This document shows positions 20,150 through 27,727 of a DNA stretch of 32,000 bases, in pieces. The notes under the pieces are model-generated. The model was not told the origin of the DNA, did no database searches, and saw only the letters and a program-made list of their open reading frames with translations. The translations under genes and the position numbers were made by a program. Position 1 is the first letter of the stretch. Each line of letters opens with the position of its first letter. Origin of the DNA: Candidatus Fukatsuia endosymbiont of Tuberolachnus salignus (GTDB taxonomy: Bacteria; Pseudomonadota; Gammaproteobacteria; Enterobacterales; Enterobacteriaceae); contig NZ_OZ034983.1 of the NCBI RefSeq assembly GCF_964030845.1, forward strand, positions 1,650,737 through 1,682,736, written 5' to 3'.

Positions 20150-20228
20150 GCCTTACTACTTGCATGCCTGCCGATCTTTCACGGCGGGCGTGCTCCTCGC
20201 CACGCTGCGGGGCCTGCCCGCCGCGCAG
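20150..20228 (-). other. GC-rich structured non-coding region downstream of the secretin gene (candidate packaging signal or origin)
   Basis: A strikingly GC-rich patch (CGGCGGGCGTGCTCCTCGCCACGCTGCGGGGCCTGCCCGCCGCGCAG) with complementary segments: CGGCGGGC 20182-20189 / GCCCGCCG 20216-20223, and alternatively GCCTGCCG 20166-20173. In Ff-type phages the region after gene IV holds the packaging hairpin and origins. Confidence 0.35.
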
Positions 20229-21326
20229 TTATCGTCTGACCTTTCTGATCTGTAACACTACCAGAATATCGGTCTTGTTCTGTTCACTGGAGACACCGGT
20301 TAACCAGCCTTGCGGTAAAAAACTGAATCCGGTATCTGCCCTGGTCGATTTTGATTCCGCCAACCCACCCAGCAAAATAATATCGCCATCAGCCACGGAA
20401 ACCTGGGTTGTCACTTGACGTTTAGTTAATGTCGGGCTGTTATTGACACCGGTAGCGGTTTTCACAAAATCAGAGAGTTGCTGATCAATGGCAAGATCGA
20501 TCACATCGGCACGAATAGCCGGTTTGACCTGCAATATCACCCCACTGGAACGGTACTCCACCGATTGTACTGGACGATTATCAGCATAGCTGACCTTACC
20601 GAGTACTGGAACATCTGCACCCACAGAAAATGAAGCCTGTGCACCATTTTTCACCCGTAATCGGGGTGAACTGACCACATGAAAACGGCTGTCAGTACGA
20701 AACAGCTCATACAGCGCATCGAGTGAACCGGTATTGATACGAATAAAATTATCAAAGCCCGCTGCCTGCCCTACCTGAAGATCCAGTTTACCGGACAGTA
20801 ATTTTGCCGCCAGTGCCAAACCTGACCCGTTACGCTCACGGGTTTGCACCTCAAACACATAGGCGGCGACAGTCACTTCTTCCGCAGCGGTGTCAGTTAA
20901 CGGCAGGACTGCCTGTAAACGACGCACATCCGCTTGAGTACCGTAATAAACCAGTACATCACCACTGCGGTTGATAAAATCAGAGGCCGTCCCTGCAATC
21001 GCGGTGTCCTCCGCCCGGTTTCCAGACGGCAACAGCGCATGACGCGCATTGAATTTTCCTGAATGTACAGCAATATTCATGTTTTTTAGATAACGCAGAA
21101 TAAAAGCACGTTCATCACTGTCCGGCGTGATACGGAACGTCACCACCCTTTTATCTTCCGCCAGTTCAGGCGATAGCATAAACGGTTTATCAAAGACATG
21201 AACATACAATAAATTTAATGCCTGTGATAACGGTACCGCATTGAGTTCAAAGGCAATGCCTTTTGCCTGCCCCGGCGTTGTACTCAGACACAACAGTAAA
21301 AGCAACCCTGCCGCTGCATTTTTCAT
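20229..21326 (-). CDS. Phage pIV-type secretin (outer-membrane export channel)
   Basis: Signal peptide MKNAAAGLLLLLCLSTTPGQA. The secretin C-domain motifs are ...VSSPRLRVKNGAQASFSVGADVPV... and ...NSPTLTKRQVTTQVSVADGDIILLGGL.... ATGA overlap with the upstream Zot/pI gene. Confidence 0.9.
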   Translation of the reverse strand: MKNAAAGLLLLLCLSTTPGQAKGIAFELNAVPLSQALNLLYVHVFDKPFMLSPELAEDKRVVTFRITPDSDERAFILRYLKNMNIAVHSGKFNARHALLPSGNRAEDTAIAGTASDFINRSGDVLVYYGTQADVRRLQAVLPLTDTAAEEVTVAAYVFEVQTRERNGSGLALAAKLLSGKLDLQVGQAAGFDNFIRINTGSLDALYELFRTDSRFHVVSSPRLRVKNGAQASFSVGADVPVLGKVSYADNRPVQSVEYRSSGVILQVKPAIRADVIDLAIDQQLSDFVKTATGVNNSPTLTKRQVTTQVSVADGDIILLGGLAESKSTRADTGFSFLPQGWLTGVSSEQNKTDILVVLQIRKVRR

Positions 21327-22384
21327 TTTATCCCTCCTGACCAGACCGTTACCCGCTCACCGTCAATCGTTCCGGTCATCATGACCCCCTCAAAAGCAAA
21401 CTGAGAGACAGGTTCGGCGCGTAAACGTCCGGCGTTATCAGCCAGTACTACCCAGATCTGCCCTTTTTTTGCCAGCTTGCCTGCCACGCGCCAACGAGCA
21501 GAAATAGCGGGTTTTTCAGGCGACGCAGGTACAACATGAAGTGACGTTGTCACTATGGGTGACGGGTTAACCGGTACTGACCGCATGGCCGGTTTATCTG
21601 AGGAAGCCTCTGAAGAAGCATACTGCGTGAAGAAATACACCAAAAACGTGACTGACACTCCTGCCAGTAACAGCATACCGATGACCACCCACCCTAGCCG
21701 TGCAGATGAAAACACATTCTGACGCTTATCCACGGTCAGTTCAGTGCCCTTCCCTCCTTCATAGGAGTGATAAAGCGCAAATATCGCCTTATCATAAGCA
21801 CACTGATAAGACGTAGTACGGGTCGACTTGAACAGCCTGATACCGGTAAACACATCGACACGGTAACGGGTTCTCAGCCCCAATGCCAGCAATTTTTGCA
21901 TACGGTACGTGGTTTCAATGCGATCTTTAATAAAACGGGGTAAATTCGTTACCGACTGATTGATCACTACCAAATCACAGCAAACCCCGGTTCTTTCATT
22001 GGTAAAATGCCGATGTTCAGCAATAAAAGACTGATGCTGCACCGGGATTTTTTTCTCCGTCGGCCAGATACGCCAAGCTTCATCAATACAAATCAAATCG
22101 CCTGACTGGCAAAATGTGTTACCACAGAGTGCGGCTTGTGCTGTTTTATAAGGAAAAAATGTCTCCTGCTGAACCTGTTCATTTTCAACGTAAATAATGT
22201 GACCCAGCGACGTCCGATCCGCTTTTTTAACACTGACACAATAATCAGCAATTTTATCGACACTGATACCGTAAATATTGGTCACTACCCGTCGTCCCGC
22301 CAGACAGGCGGGAATGATCACGCTGGCAACCACTTCATAAGATTTACCGCTACCCGGTACCCCGACATACGCTGAAATCGCCAT
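21323..22384 (-). CDS. Zot / pI-family phage assembly ATPase
   Basis: N-terminal Walker A MAISAYVGVPGSGKSYE, Walker B-like LICIDEAW, and a central TM (LGWVVIGMLLLAGVSVTFLVYFF). Typical of gene I/Zot proteins. Confidence 0.9.
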   Translation of the reverse strand: MAISAYVGVPGSGKSYEVVASVIIPACLAGRRVVTNIYGISVDKIADYCVSVKKADRTSLGHIIYVENEQVQQETFFPYKTAQAALCGNTFCQSGDLICIDEAWRIWPTEKKIPVQHQSFIAEHRHFTNERTGVCCDLVVINQSVTNLPRFIKDRIETTYRMQKLLALGLRTRYRVDVFTGIRLFKSTRTTSYQCAYDKAIFALYHSYEGGKGTELTVDKRQNVFSSARLGWVVIGMLLLAGVSVTFLVYFFTQYASSEASSDKPAMRSVPVNPSPIVTTSLHVVPASPEKPAISARWRVAGKLAKKGQIWVVLADNAGRLRAEPVSQFAFEGVMMTGTIDGERVTVWSGGIK

Positions 22385-22387
22385 AAC

Positions 22388-22675
22388 TTAGCCAATCACC
22401 GGAATACGGCGAATAATAAAACGCGTCAACATGGCAGACAGCACCATACCCATTCCTTGCGGCACCAGAAATAAATTAAGAAAATACCAGGCGCTATCCG
22501 GAAGTGCAGTAAACAACGACGGCAACTCGGTCGATTGCGGCAACCACTGCGCCATTTCCTTTACCAGTTCCTGTACCACAAAAAACAGGGCAAAAAAGAC
22601 GATAAATTTAATGACCAGGGTACGAAAAATAAACCCTAATAGCGCATTCAATGCTGACGTGACTAAACCAAACAT
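22388..22675 (-). CDS. pVI-like minor coat protein (DUF2523-like)
   Basis: 95-aa polytopic hydrophobic protein ending ...RFIIRRIPVIG. It lies between the pIII-like and pI genes, which is the canonical gene VI slot. Confidence 0.6.
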   Translation of the reverse strand: MFGLVTSALNALLGFIFRTLVIKFIVFFALFFVVQELVKEMAQWLPQSTELPSLFTALPDSAWYFLNLFLVPQGMGMVLSAMLTRFIIRRIPVIG

Positions 22676-22685
22676 ACCGTTTCTC

Positions 22686-24383
22686 CTAGGCGCTCAACAC
22701 CAACCGCAACGATAAAAATGCCCAGATAATCCCCGCGAATAAAGCAAAAAGCGCCCTGTTCTTCTCCAGTAATTCACAATGGCTGTTCATCACATGATGG
22801 CGTTCAAAAGCATCAAATTCAGCGACAGGACAAGCCACATTGCGGACAGGCAAGGTGAAATTTTTGATAAAAGGAAACAGCGTCAATAAAGGGGCAAGGA
22901 TCTGTTTACCATCAGGCGGGTTATCCAGTGAGGGTGAATCGATGCCAGGATGTGCCGTATCACTATGCTGTGCCGGTGAAACCGGCGGCGCATAAGGTTC
23001 AATTGCATGATCGGGTTGCGGAAAAAAATCAGGGTCTTCTGAAGGAAATGGCCTGACATCGCCACTCAAAGAAGGGTGTGAAGCAGGCGGCGGAAAATAA
23101 TTGATCTGCTGATAAAGCATCCCTTTGGTCAGTGGTACAGCCGCTTCATTCGCTGCCTGCTGAATTTCTTCAGCCGTCACAGGGTTTGAGGTTGAAAAAG
23201 GAATACCCTGATAATCGGCGCTGGAAGCCGCCTGTATTAAGGTATTATTCACCATATTGGCCGCAAGAGACGGGGCTAAAGGTTCCTGAATTTTATCAGG
23301 ATCTATCTGATGTACATAATCAAGCAAAACACGAGGAGCAATAGATTTTTCATAATTCGGTGTCAGGGATAAATTTCCAATTATATGATTACTTTGACTT
23401 ACACGCTTTTCAAATTTATCAGACTGCTCATTATAATAGATTTCATAATACTTATAGGCCACGTTAACACGGGGAAGAGAAGGATAACCAGAAAAAGACA
23501 CCCCTTCATCATCATAATTCGTCACAGAAAAAGAGATAATATCTTTAGATGCATAAGAGATCTTGTCCTGTTTTACTCTGTTATAAAAAACACAGGCGGC
23601 CAATGCGGTCAAATCATTACTTGAAAATTGAAAATCTGCGGTAAATTTATAATTATTAGTATCGGAATAATTGCGGCCAATATGAATATCAGCAGTACAA
23701 GGAGAATGATTAATATCATAAACTGGAGAAGGTAAAAACTTAAAGGGTTCTACTTTATCAGGAACAATAACAAATAAAGGTTTATGGGGTACAGCATTAA
23801 GGGTAACAATAGAGCCCTTATGATCAATAACAGAAGAACCATCAGGCATCTTTAAATAAAAATAACCATTATCGGCAAACTGACCCGAAGTAGTCGTCTG
23901 GATTTTTTCATTTTCCCCTTCCAGTTTCACTGCCAAATCAGAAGTATTCAGCAATCCCTTATTTAAAGCGAGTTCACCCCATGTACGATTGTGCAGACTT
24001 TCATTCAACCCCTGATTGACTACGGCATCAGGCGCTGATCCCTCTTCTGATAAAAACGCGGAAAGAGTAGCCTCAAGGGCTAAGCCTACCGCCATTGCCT
24101 GCGGTGTTCCACGCAAACCGGCAGTCAGGGCTCTTTTACTGAAAATACGTGACATTATTTTACCGAACCCAGACTGCTCCGCCGCCGCCGTTGCCGCATT
24201 AACCCGAAAATGGGTGTCATTAGCCGCCTGAACCGGTTTGCCAAAATGCGGGTCATTCGCGGCATGGACAGGTGGAACCGGTACCGGCCTCGATGCCGGT
24301 AATGCCTGAGCGGATAGCGTCAATGGAAAAAACAGAACCAACAGTATTACCCCTGCAAACCCTGAATCACTGCCCATGCGCAT
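22686..24383 (-). CDS. pIII-like adsorption / minor coat protein
   Basis: Signal peptide (..GFAGVILLVLFFPLTLSAQA), a Pro-rich linker (PPPASHPS...FPSEDPDFFPQPDH..PYAPPVSPA) and a C-terminal membrane anchor (ALFALFAGIIWAFLSLRLVLSA). It lies after the coat gene. The start could be 24395 (GTG), 24383 or 24377. Confidence 0.65.
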   Translation of the reverse strand: MRMGSDSGFAGVILLVLFFPLTLSAQALPASRPVPVPPVHAANDPHFGKPVQAANDTHFRVNAATAAAEQSGFGKIMSRIFSKRALTAGLRGTPQAMAVGLALEATLSAFLSEEGSAPDAVVNQGLNESLHNRTWGELALNKGLLNTSDLAVKLEGENEKIQTTTSGQFADNGYFYLKMPDGSSVIDHKGSIVTLNAVPHKPLFVIVPDKVEPFKFLPSPVYDINHSPCTADIHIGRNYSDTNNYKFTADFQFSSNDLTALAACVFYNRVKQDKISYASKDIISFSVTNYDDEGVSFSGYPSLPRVNVAYKYYEIYYNEQSDKFEKRVSQSNHIIGNLSLTPNYEKSIAPRVLLDYVHQIDPDKIQEPLAPSLAANMVNNTLIQAASSADYQGIPFSTSNPVTAEEIQQAANEAAVPLTKGMLYQQINYFPPPASHPSLSGDVRPFPSEDPDFFPQPDHAIEPYAPPVSPAQHSDTAHPGIDSPSLDNPPDGKQILAPLLTLFPFIKNFTLPVRNVACPVAEFDAFERHHVMNSHCELLEKNRALFALFAGIIWAFLSLRLVLSA

Positions 24384-24433
24384 AGCAGACCCCACATAAA
24401 AAACACTAAATTCCAGTATTCACTCATAGCCAC

Positions 24434-24453
24434 AAAAAGGGGCATGGTGCCCC
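24434..24453 (-). terminator. Rho-independent terminator immediately after the major coat gene
   Basis: The minus strand reads GGGGCA-CCA-TGCCCC followed by TTTTT. It starts 8 nt after the coat stop codon. This is analogous to the strong terminator after gene VIII in Ff phages. Confidence 0.7.
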
Positions 24454-24461
24454 TCCTCCTG

Positions 24462-24686
24462 TTAGGCACTGCGTACCATGCGCAATATCCACTTCACCCC
24501 CGCAAAACCGGCATATAGGGTGATCAAAGTGGCAGCTACCGCCATAATACCGGTCAATACTTTGGAAAAATCGACCGCATTAGTGAGTGTGGTTAAATCC
24601 GCCGCATCAGCCAGTGCCAGCGAACTGAACAGGCACAGAGTGAACAAAACGAGCATTTTGGTATAAAGTGATTTCATTAATTGCAT
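24462..24686 (-). CDS. Major coat protein (pVIII-like)
   Basis: MQLMKSLYTKMLVLFTLCLFSSLALA|DAADLTTLTNAVDFSKVLTGIMAVAATLITLYAGFAGVKWILRMVRSA. This gives a signal peptide, then about 48 aa of mature protein with an acidic N-terminus, hydrophobic core and basic C-terminus. GGAGAGG sits 5 nt upstream of the ATG at 24686. Confidence 0.8.
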   Translation of the reverse strand: MQLMKSLYTKMLVLFTLCLFSSLALADAADLTTLTNAVDFSKVLTGIMAVAATLITLYAGFAGVKWILRMVRSA

Positions 24687-24747
24687 GATTACCTCTCCAT
24701 TAAATAAAACGTTATTAAATAAGTTAAAAGCTTCACAGGTTAATTTA

Positions 24748-24972
24748 TTAAGCATTTTTTACCATATTTAAAATCAGCCCGATTCCTTTAGAAAATAAAT
24801 AAAGAAAAATGACTGAGGTAAAAGCCAGCCCCCAAAATAGCCCTGCTTTGGCGTAATCCATTTCAGAGACTGGCTGATAGGGCGACTCAATAGACAAGGT
24901 GATTGCCTGACAATTTTTCTCCGATGGAACATCACAAATTTGTCCCGTAATAACCCCTGGCTGAATGGCCAT
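24748..24972 (-). CDS. Small phage membrane protein (unassigned, possibly a minor coat or assembly protein)
   Basis: 74 aa with one C-terminal TM (GLFWGLAFTSVIFLYLFSKGIGLIL). It sits between the ssb-like and coat genes. Confidence 0.45.
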   Translation of the reverse strand: MAIQPGVITGQICDVPSEKNCQAITLSIESPYQPVSEMDYAKAGLFWGLAFTSVIFLYLFSKGIGLILNMVKNA

Positions 24973-24978
24973 AGCGTA

Positions 24979-25308
24979 TTACCCTTTAGCAACTTCTTGC
25001 ACAGAAAGCACTTCCTGTGTTTCACCCGAGCGTCCGTTGAAATCCCATTTATTAATCCGGAATTTAATTTCAACCTGTTTTGATTTCAGCGACTTTAATT
25101 GATTATGAAGACCGGTTAAAACGAGAGCAGGAGGAACAATAAATTTGTCCGTACGGGTATCCGTTCCGCCAAAATCATTCATCACTTCAGATTGCAGCCC
25201 TAAAATATATTTTATTTTGTCCTGTTTTTTCCCTTCCTTATCCATAAATGATGAAGGTTGTGCATTAACACCTAGCAAGGTACCACGATAAAGATAACCG
25301 GTAAGCAT
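24979..25308 (-). CDS. Putative ssDNA-binding protein (gene V / RstB positional analogue)
   Basis: 109 aa, beta-rich and Lys-rich, directly downstream of the replication gene. The assignment rests on position and size only. Confidence 0.4.
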   Translation of the reverse strand: MLTGYLYRGTLLGVNAQPSSFMDKEGKKQDKIKYILGLQSEVMNDFGGTDTRTDKFIVPPALVLTGLHNQLKSLKSKQVEIKFRINKWDFNGRSGETQEVLSVQEVAKG

Positions 25309-25327
25309 GTAATCTCCTTGAAATAAA

Positions 25328-26608
25328 TTAAGCGACTTTTATGGTATTCATCTGTTTTTCAAATAAGCTGACGGGCTCGACATACCAGTCTGGGCGCTGA
25401 TTGGAAAAATCGACCTGAATAATTTGCATTAACGGAACAATATTATTTTTATCCGCGGTTAGATTTTGTAATTGTGCTTTACTGAACCCAACAGCAAGCA
25501 AATCACTGACATGCCGCCAAAAAGTGGCTCTATCCATATTTTGTAAGACGCCGTCATACCCTTCATTGACTAATCGGCGGTAGAAACCAAATAACCGTTG
25601 GGCTTTGGCGTAAGTCACATTGCCTTTTGGCGTGATTCTAAAATAACGATTTTTCAATATTTCATAAATGTTATCATCGGAATAAATATTCATATTCTTA
25701 CCTTCAAGAGCAGAAAGCACGTCTTTAAACGACGCATGCCATAAATCGGCTATTAATGACTTTTCATCAGATTCATAACTCAGTTGGTAATTTACCGCCT
25801 GAAAAAAATTAAGAGGCATCCCAAAATTATTGATAAAACGCTGTTTTAACCGGCCTTCAAAACGGACAAGTCCTTTGCTAAATTTCTGTAATTTTGGATC
25901 TTCCATCACCTGTAATTGATTACGTAATGAAAGGTTACGTGGATTTCGTGCTATCGCGCTTTTTATCAATTGGCACTGACGCATCAGCTCAGGATGTTTT
26001 AAATAAGCAATGAGTATGCGGTGGCGGCTGCCTTCATTCCACATGCAGGTTGTCTCCCACTCTTGAGCACGGGTGCATTTAGTTTGTCCATTGCTAACAT
26101 TACGCAAGGCAGAGATCACTTGTTCCGCCTGTTTTTCTGTGGGAATACGTGCAGAATAAGTAACATCAATGCGATCAATCACGGTCGCGCTAATGTTCAG
26201 CATTTCATACAGCTTTGATGCGGAAACCGCAAGATTAACCAACAATTCCATACCACATAATGCTAAATCAGTACTGCCAAACACATTATGACCTTGCAAC
26301 AGTTTGGCAGGAGAGGCTTTTATTTCCACACAAGGATGACGATTGCAGGTACCGCAATAAATTTTCATCGCCAGGCCGCTGTAATGAGTCGGTAAAGAAT
26401 CAAACGGATGATTTAACCCTTTCACGGTCAAATCGCCATCAATATCGAATTCTACGGAACGGGCAGAAAGTATTAAGCCTGATTTTTTAGCCACTGCTTC
26501 AAGATCAATATAGATCCCTCCTTGTTCATCGGCAGATTTAGTTATGATCAGATGCTCTTCTTTAAATGGGATAGAAAATTTGATTAAATCAATCATCCTT
26601 GGTGCCAT
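25328..26608 (-). CDS. Rolling-circle replication initiation protein, phage gene II/X (CRI) family
   Basis: ...VEIKASPAKLLQGHNVFGS...DRIDVTY... are motifs characteristic of filamentous-phage gpII/RstA-type initiators. It is the first gene of the phage operon and divergent from the repressor. The start could instead be the ATG at 26596. Confidence 0.85.
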   Translation of the reverse strand: MAPRMIDLIKFSIPFKEEHLIITKSADEQGGIYIDLEAVAKKSGLILSARSVEFDIDGDLTVKGLNHPFDSLPTHYSGLAMKIYCGTCNRHPCVEIKASPAKLLQGHNVFGSTDLALCGMELLVNLAVSASKLYEMLNISATVIDRIDVTYSARIPTEKQAEQVISALRNVSNGQTKCTRAQEWETTCMWNEGSRHRILIAYLKHPELMRQCQLIKSAIARNPRNLSLRNQLQVMEDPKLQKFSKGLVRFEGRLKQRFINNFGMPLNFFQAVNYQLSYESDEKSLIADLWHASFKDVLSALEGKNMNIYSDDNIYEILKNRYFRITPKGNVTYAKAQRLFGFYRRLVNEGYDGVLQNMDRATFWRHVSDLLAVGFSKAQLQNLTADKNNIVPLMQIIQVDFSNQRPDWYVEPVSLFEKQMNTIKVA

Positions 26609-26612
26609 ATAA

Positions 26613-26687
26613 GTATCAATATGAAATCAAATATACAACCTAAAAATCATATATGCAACAAATCACTGTAAAATAATCATATATGAA
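26613..26687. promoter_or_regulatory. Divergent promoter/operator region with three phased repeats
   Basis: ATCAATATGAAA (26614-26625), ATCATATATGCAA (26645-26657) and ATCATATATGAAA (26675-26687). Centre-to-centre spacing is 31 and 30 bp. The last two contain the 8-bp palindrome CATATATG. The region lies between rep and the XRE repressor. Confidence 0.5.
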
Positions 26688-26702
26688 ATAGGAGTAATAA
26701 AT

Positions 26703-27032
26703 ATGAGACATATAGGCGACAATATAAAGCGCATAAGAGAGGCAATGAAAATCAGTCAACAAGAACTTGCTGAAAGAAGTGAAGTATCTAAGGCACAAAT
26801 TTCAAGATTAGAAACTGGTTCGCAAAATAATCCACAAATACAAACACTTGTGGCAATTTCAACGGCTCTTGGGATTACTTTAGAAGAAACGGTCTTCGGT
26901 GAAGAATCTGCAAGCAATGCTTACCTGTCAGAAGCCCTGACATCTCTGCCAAAACAGGACCAAATGGCGATTAAGAAGCTGATAAAAATGTGGGTATTAA
27001 CGTCACAAGCAGAGAAAATGTCATGCGAGTGA
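26703..27032 (+). CDS. XRE-family HTH repressor (RstR/cI-like phage regulator)
   Basis: IGDNIKRIREAMKISQQELAERSEVSKAQISRLETGSQNNPQIQTLVAISTALGITLEE is a canonical HTH_XRE domain. GGAG RBS is present. It is divergent from the rep gene. Confidence 0.85.
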   Translation: MRHIGDNIKRIREAMKISQQELAERSEVSKAQISRLETGSQNNPQIQTLVAISTALGITLEETVFGEESASNAYLSEALTSLPKQDQMAIKKLIKMWVLTSQAEKMSCE

Positions 27033-27050
27033 GGTTTCAATTTGAAACAA

Positions 27051-27077
27051 GAGTCCACTATTAAAGATAGTGGACTC
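27051..27077. terminator. Hairpin downstream of the XRE gene
   Basis: GAGTCCACTAT-TAAAG-ATAGTGGACTC has a perfect 11-bp stem. No T tract follows on the + strand, so termination efficiency is uncertain. Confidence 0.4.
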
Positions 27078-27186
27078 ACCCCTCCACCCTAACCATTACA
27101 CAACGCGTGACCAATACGGAGCACAAGAAAAATGCGGTATAGTCATGTCACCTGTTTGAATGAAACTGATAAAGGTAAGTCAGGGT

Positions 27187-27429
27187 ATGCCAGTCATCTT
27201 GCGATTTAAGGGCTATACGTTTTTTTTCTATTCGAATGAAGGCAACCCACGGGAATCCCTCCATATTCACGTTAGAAATGCGGGAAATGAAGCCAAATTC
27301 TGGTTGATGCCAATGGTACAACTCGCCCGTAACGACGGCTTTAACGCTCGCGAGCTTAAAGAACTCAACGATGTGATAGAACAACATAAAAAATTATTTG
27401 AGGAGACTTGGAATGAATATTTCAGCTAA
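27187..27429 (+). CDS. DUF4160 family protein
   Basis: MPVILRFKGYTFFFYSNEGNPRESLHIHVRNAGNEAKFWL... is the hallmark DUF4160 N-terminus (M.....G..F.FYS.E...P.H.HV). I take the start at the ATG at 27187. Confidence 0.8.
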   Translation: MPVILRFKGYTFFFYSNEGNPRESLHIHVRNAGNEAKFWLMPMVQLARNDGFNARELKELNDVIEQHKKLFEETWNEYFS

Positions 27430-27661
27430 GAAAGTACGATTTGATGAATTTAATCTGTGGGTTGAGTTGAATGATGCCCGTATATTAGGCGTGCCTTTAG
27501 CCTGGTTTCCCAAGTTATTACATGCCAGCGAAGCAGAACGCAATCAGTTTGAATTGAGTGCCAGAGGCATACACTGGGATAGCCTGGATGAAGATATTTC
27601 CATTGAAGGGCTACTAAATGGAAGAAGAGATGTGACTCATCGCCCTCACCATGCTGCCTGA
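27413..27661 (+). CDS. DUF2442 family protein
   Basis: MNISAKKVRFDEFNLWVELNDARILGVPLAWFPKLLHASEAERNQFELSARGIHWDSLDEDISIEGLL is the typical DUF2442 pattern (..W.P.L..A....R......G.G..W..LDEDIS.E.LL). AGGAG sits 7 nt upstream. It overlaps the DUF4160 gene by 17 nt. Confidence 0.8.
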   Translation: MNISAKKVRFDEFNLWVELNDARILGVPLAWFPKLLHASEAERNQFELSARGIHWDSLDEDISIEGLLNGRRDVTHRPHHAA

Positions 27662-27665
27662 TTTT

Positions 27666-27693
27666 GATGCGCATAATGCACGTTATGCTAAAG
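27666..27693 (+). other. dif-like XerC/XerD site (inverted partner of the attP hairpin)
   Basis: GATGCGCATAA-TGCACG-TTATGCTAAAG versus E. coli dif. The XerC arm is 10/11, the XerD arm 9/11 and the central region 3/6. Its orientation is opposite to the sites at 19039 and 27728. Confidence 0.7.
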
Positions 27694-27727
27694 AAGCCGC
27701 TGCGACCTGCGATTTTCGCAGCGGCTT
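27694..27727 (+). terminator. Perfect 11-bp stem-loop with T tract, serving as the DUF4160/DUF2442 terminator and the apical stem of the putative attP hairpin
   Basis: AAGCCGCTGCG (27694-27704) / CGCAGCGGCTT (27717-27727) with a 12-nt loop. T residues at 27726-27730 form the tail. Confidence 0.7.

Noticed and set aside
20026-20418. A 130-aa + strand ORF spanning the phage intergenic region and the 3' end of the secretin gene.
   Set aside because: It overlaps the secretin CDS in antisense. Its Cys/Arg/Pro-rich translation reflects the GC-rich structured DNA rather than a protein.
24686-24755. N-terminal extensions proposed by the ORF track for the coat gene (start at 24755). The same applies to fumC (30593), lolB (5281), the IS transposase (17108), DUF4160 (27160), DUF2442 (27398), the relB-like gene (19088) and the orphan ORF (10816).
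   Set aside because: Internal ATGs preceded by good Shine-Dalgarno sequences give N-termini that match the known families. The extensions lack an RBS or overlap neighbouring genes.
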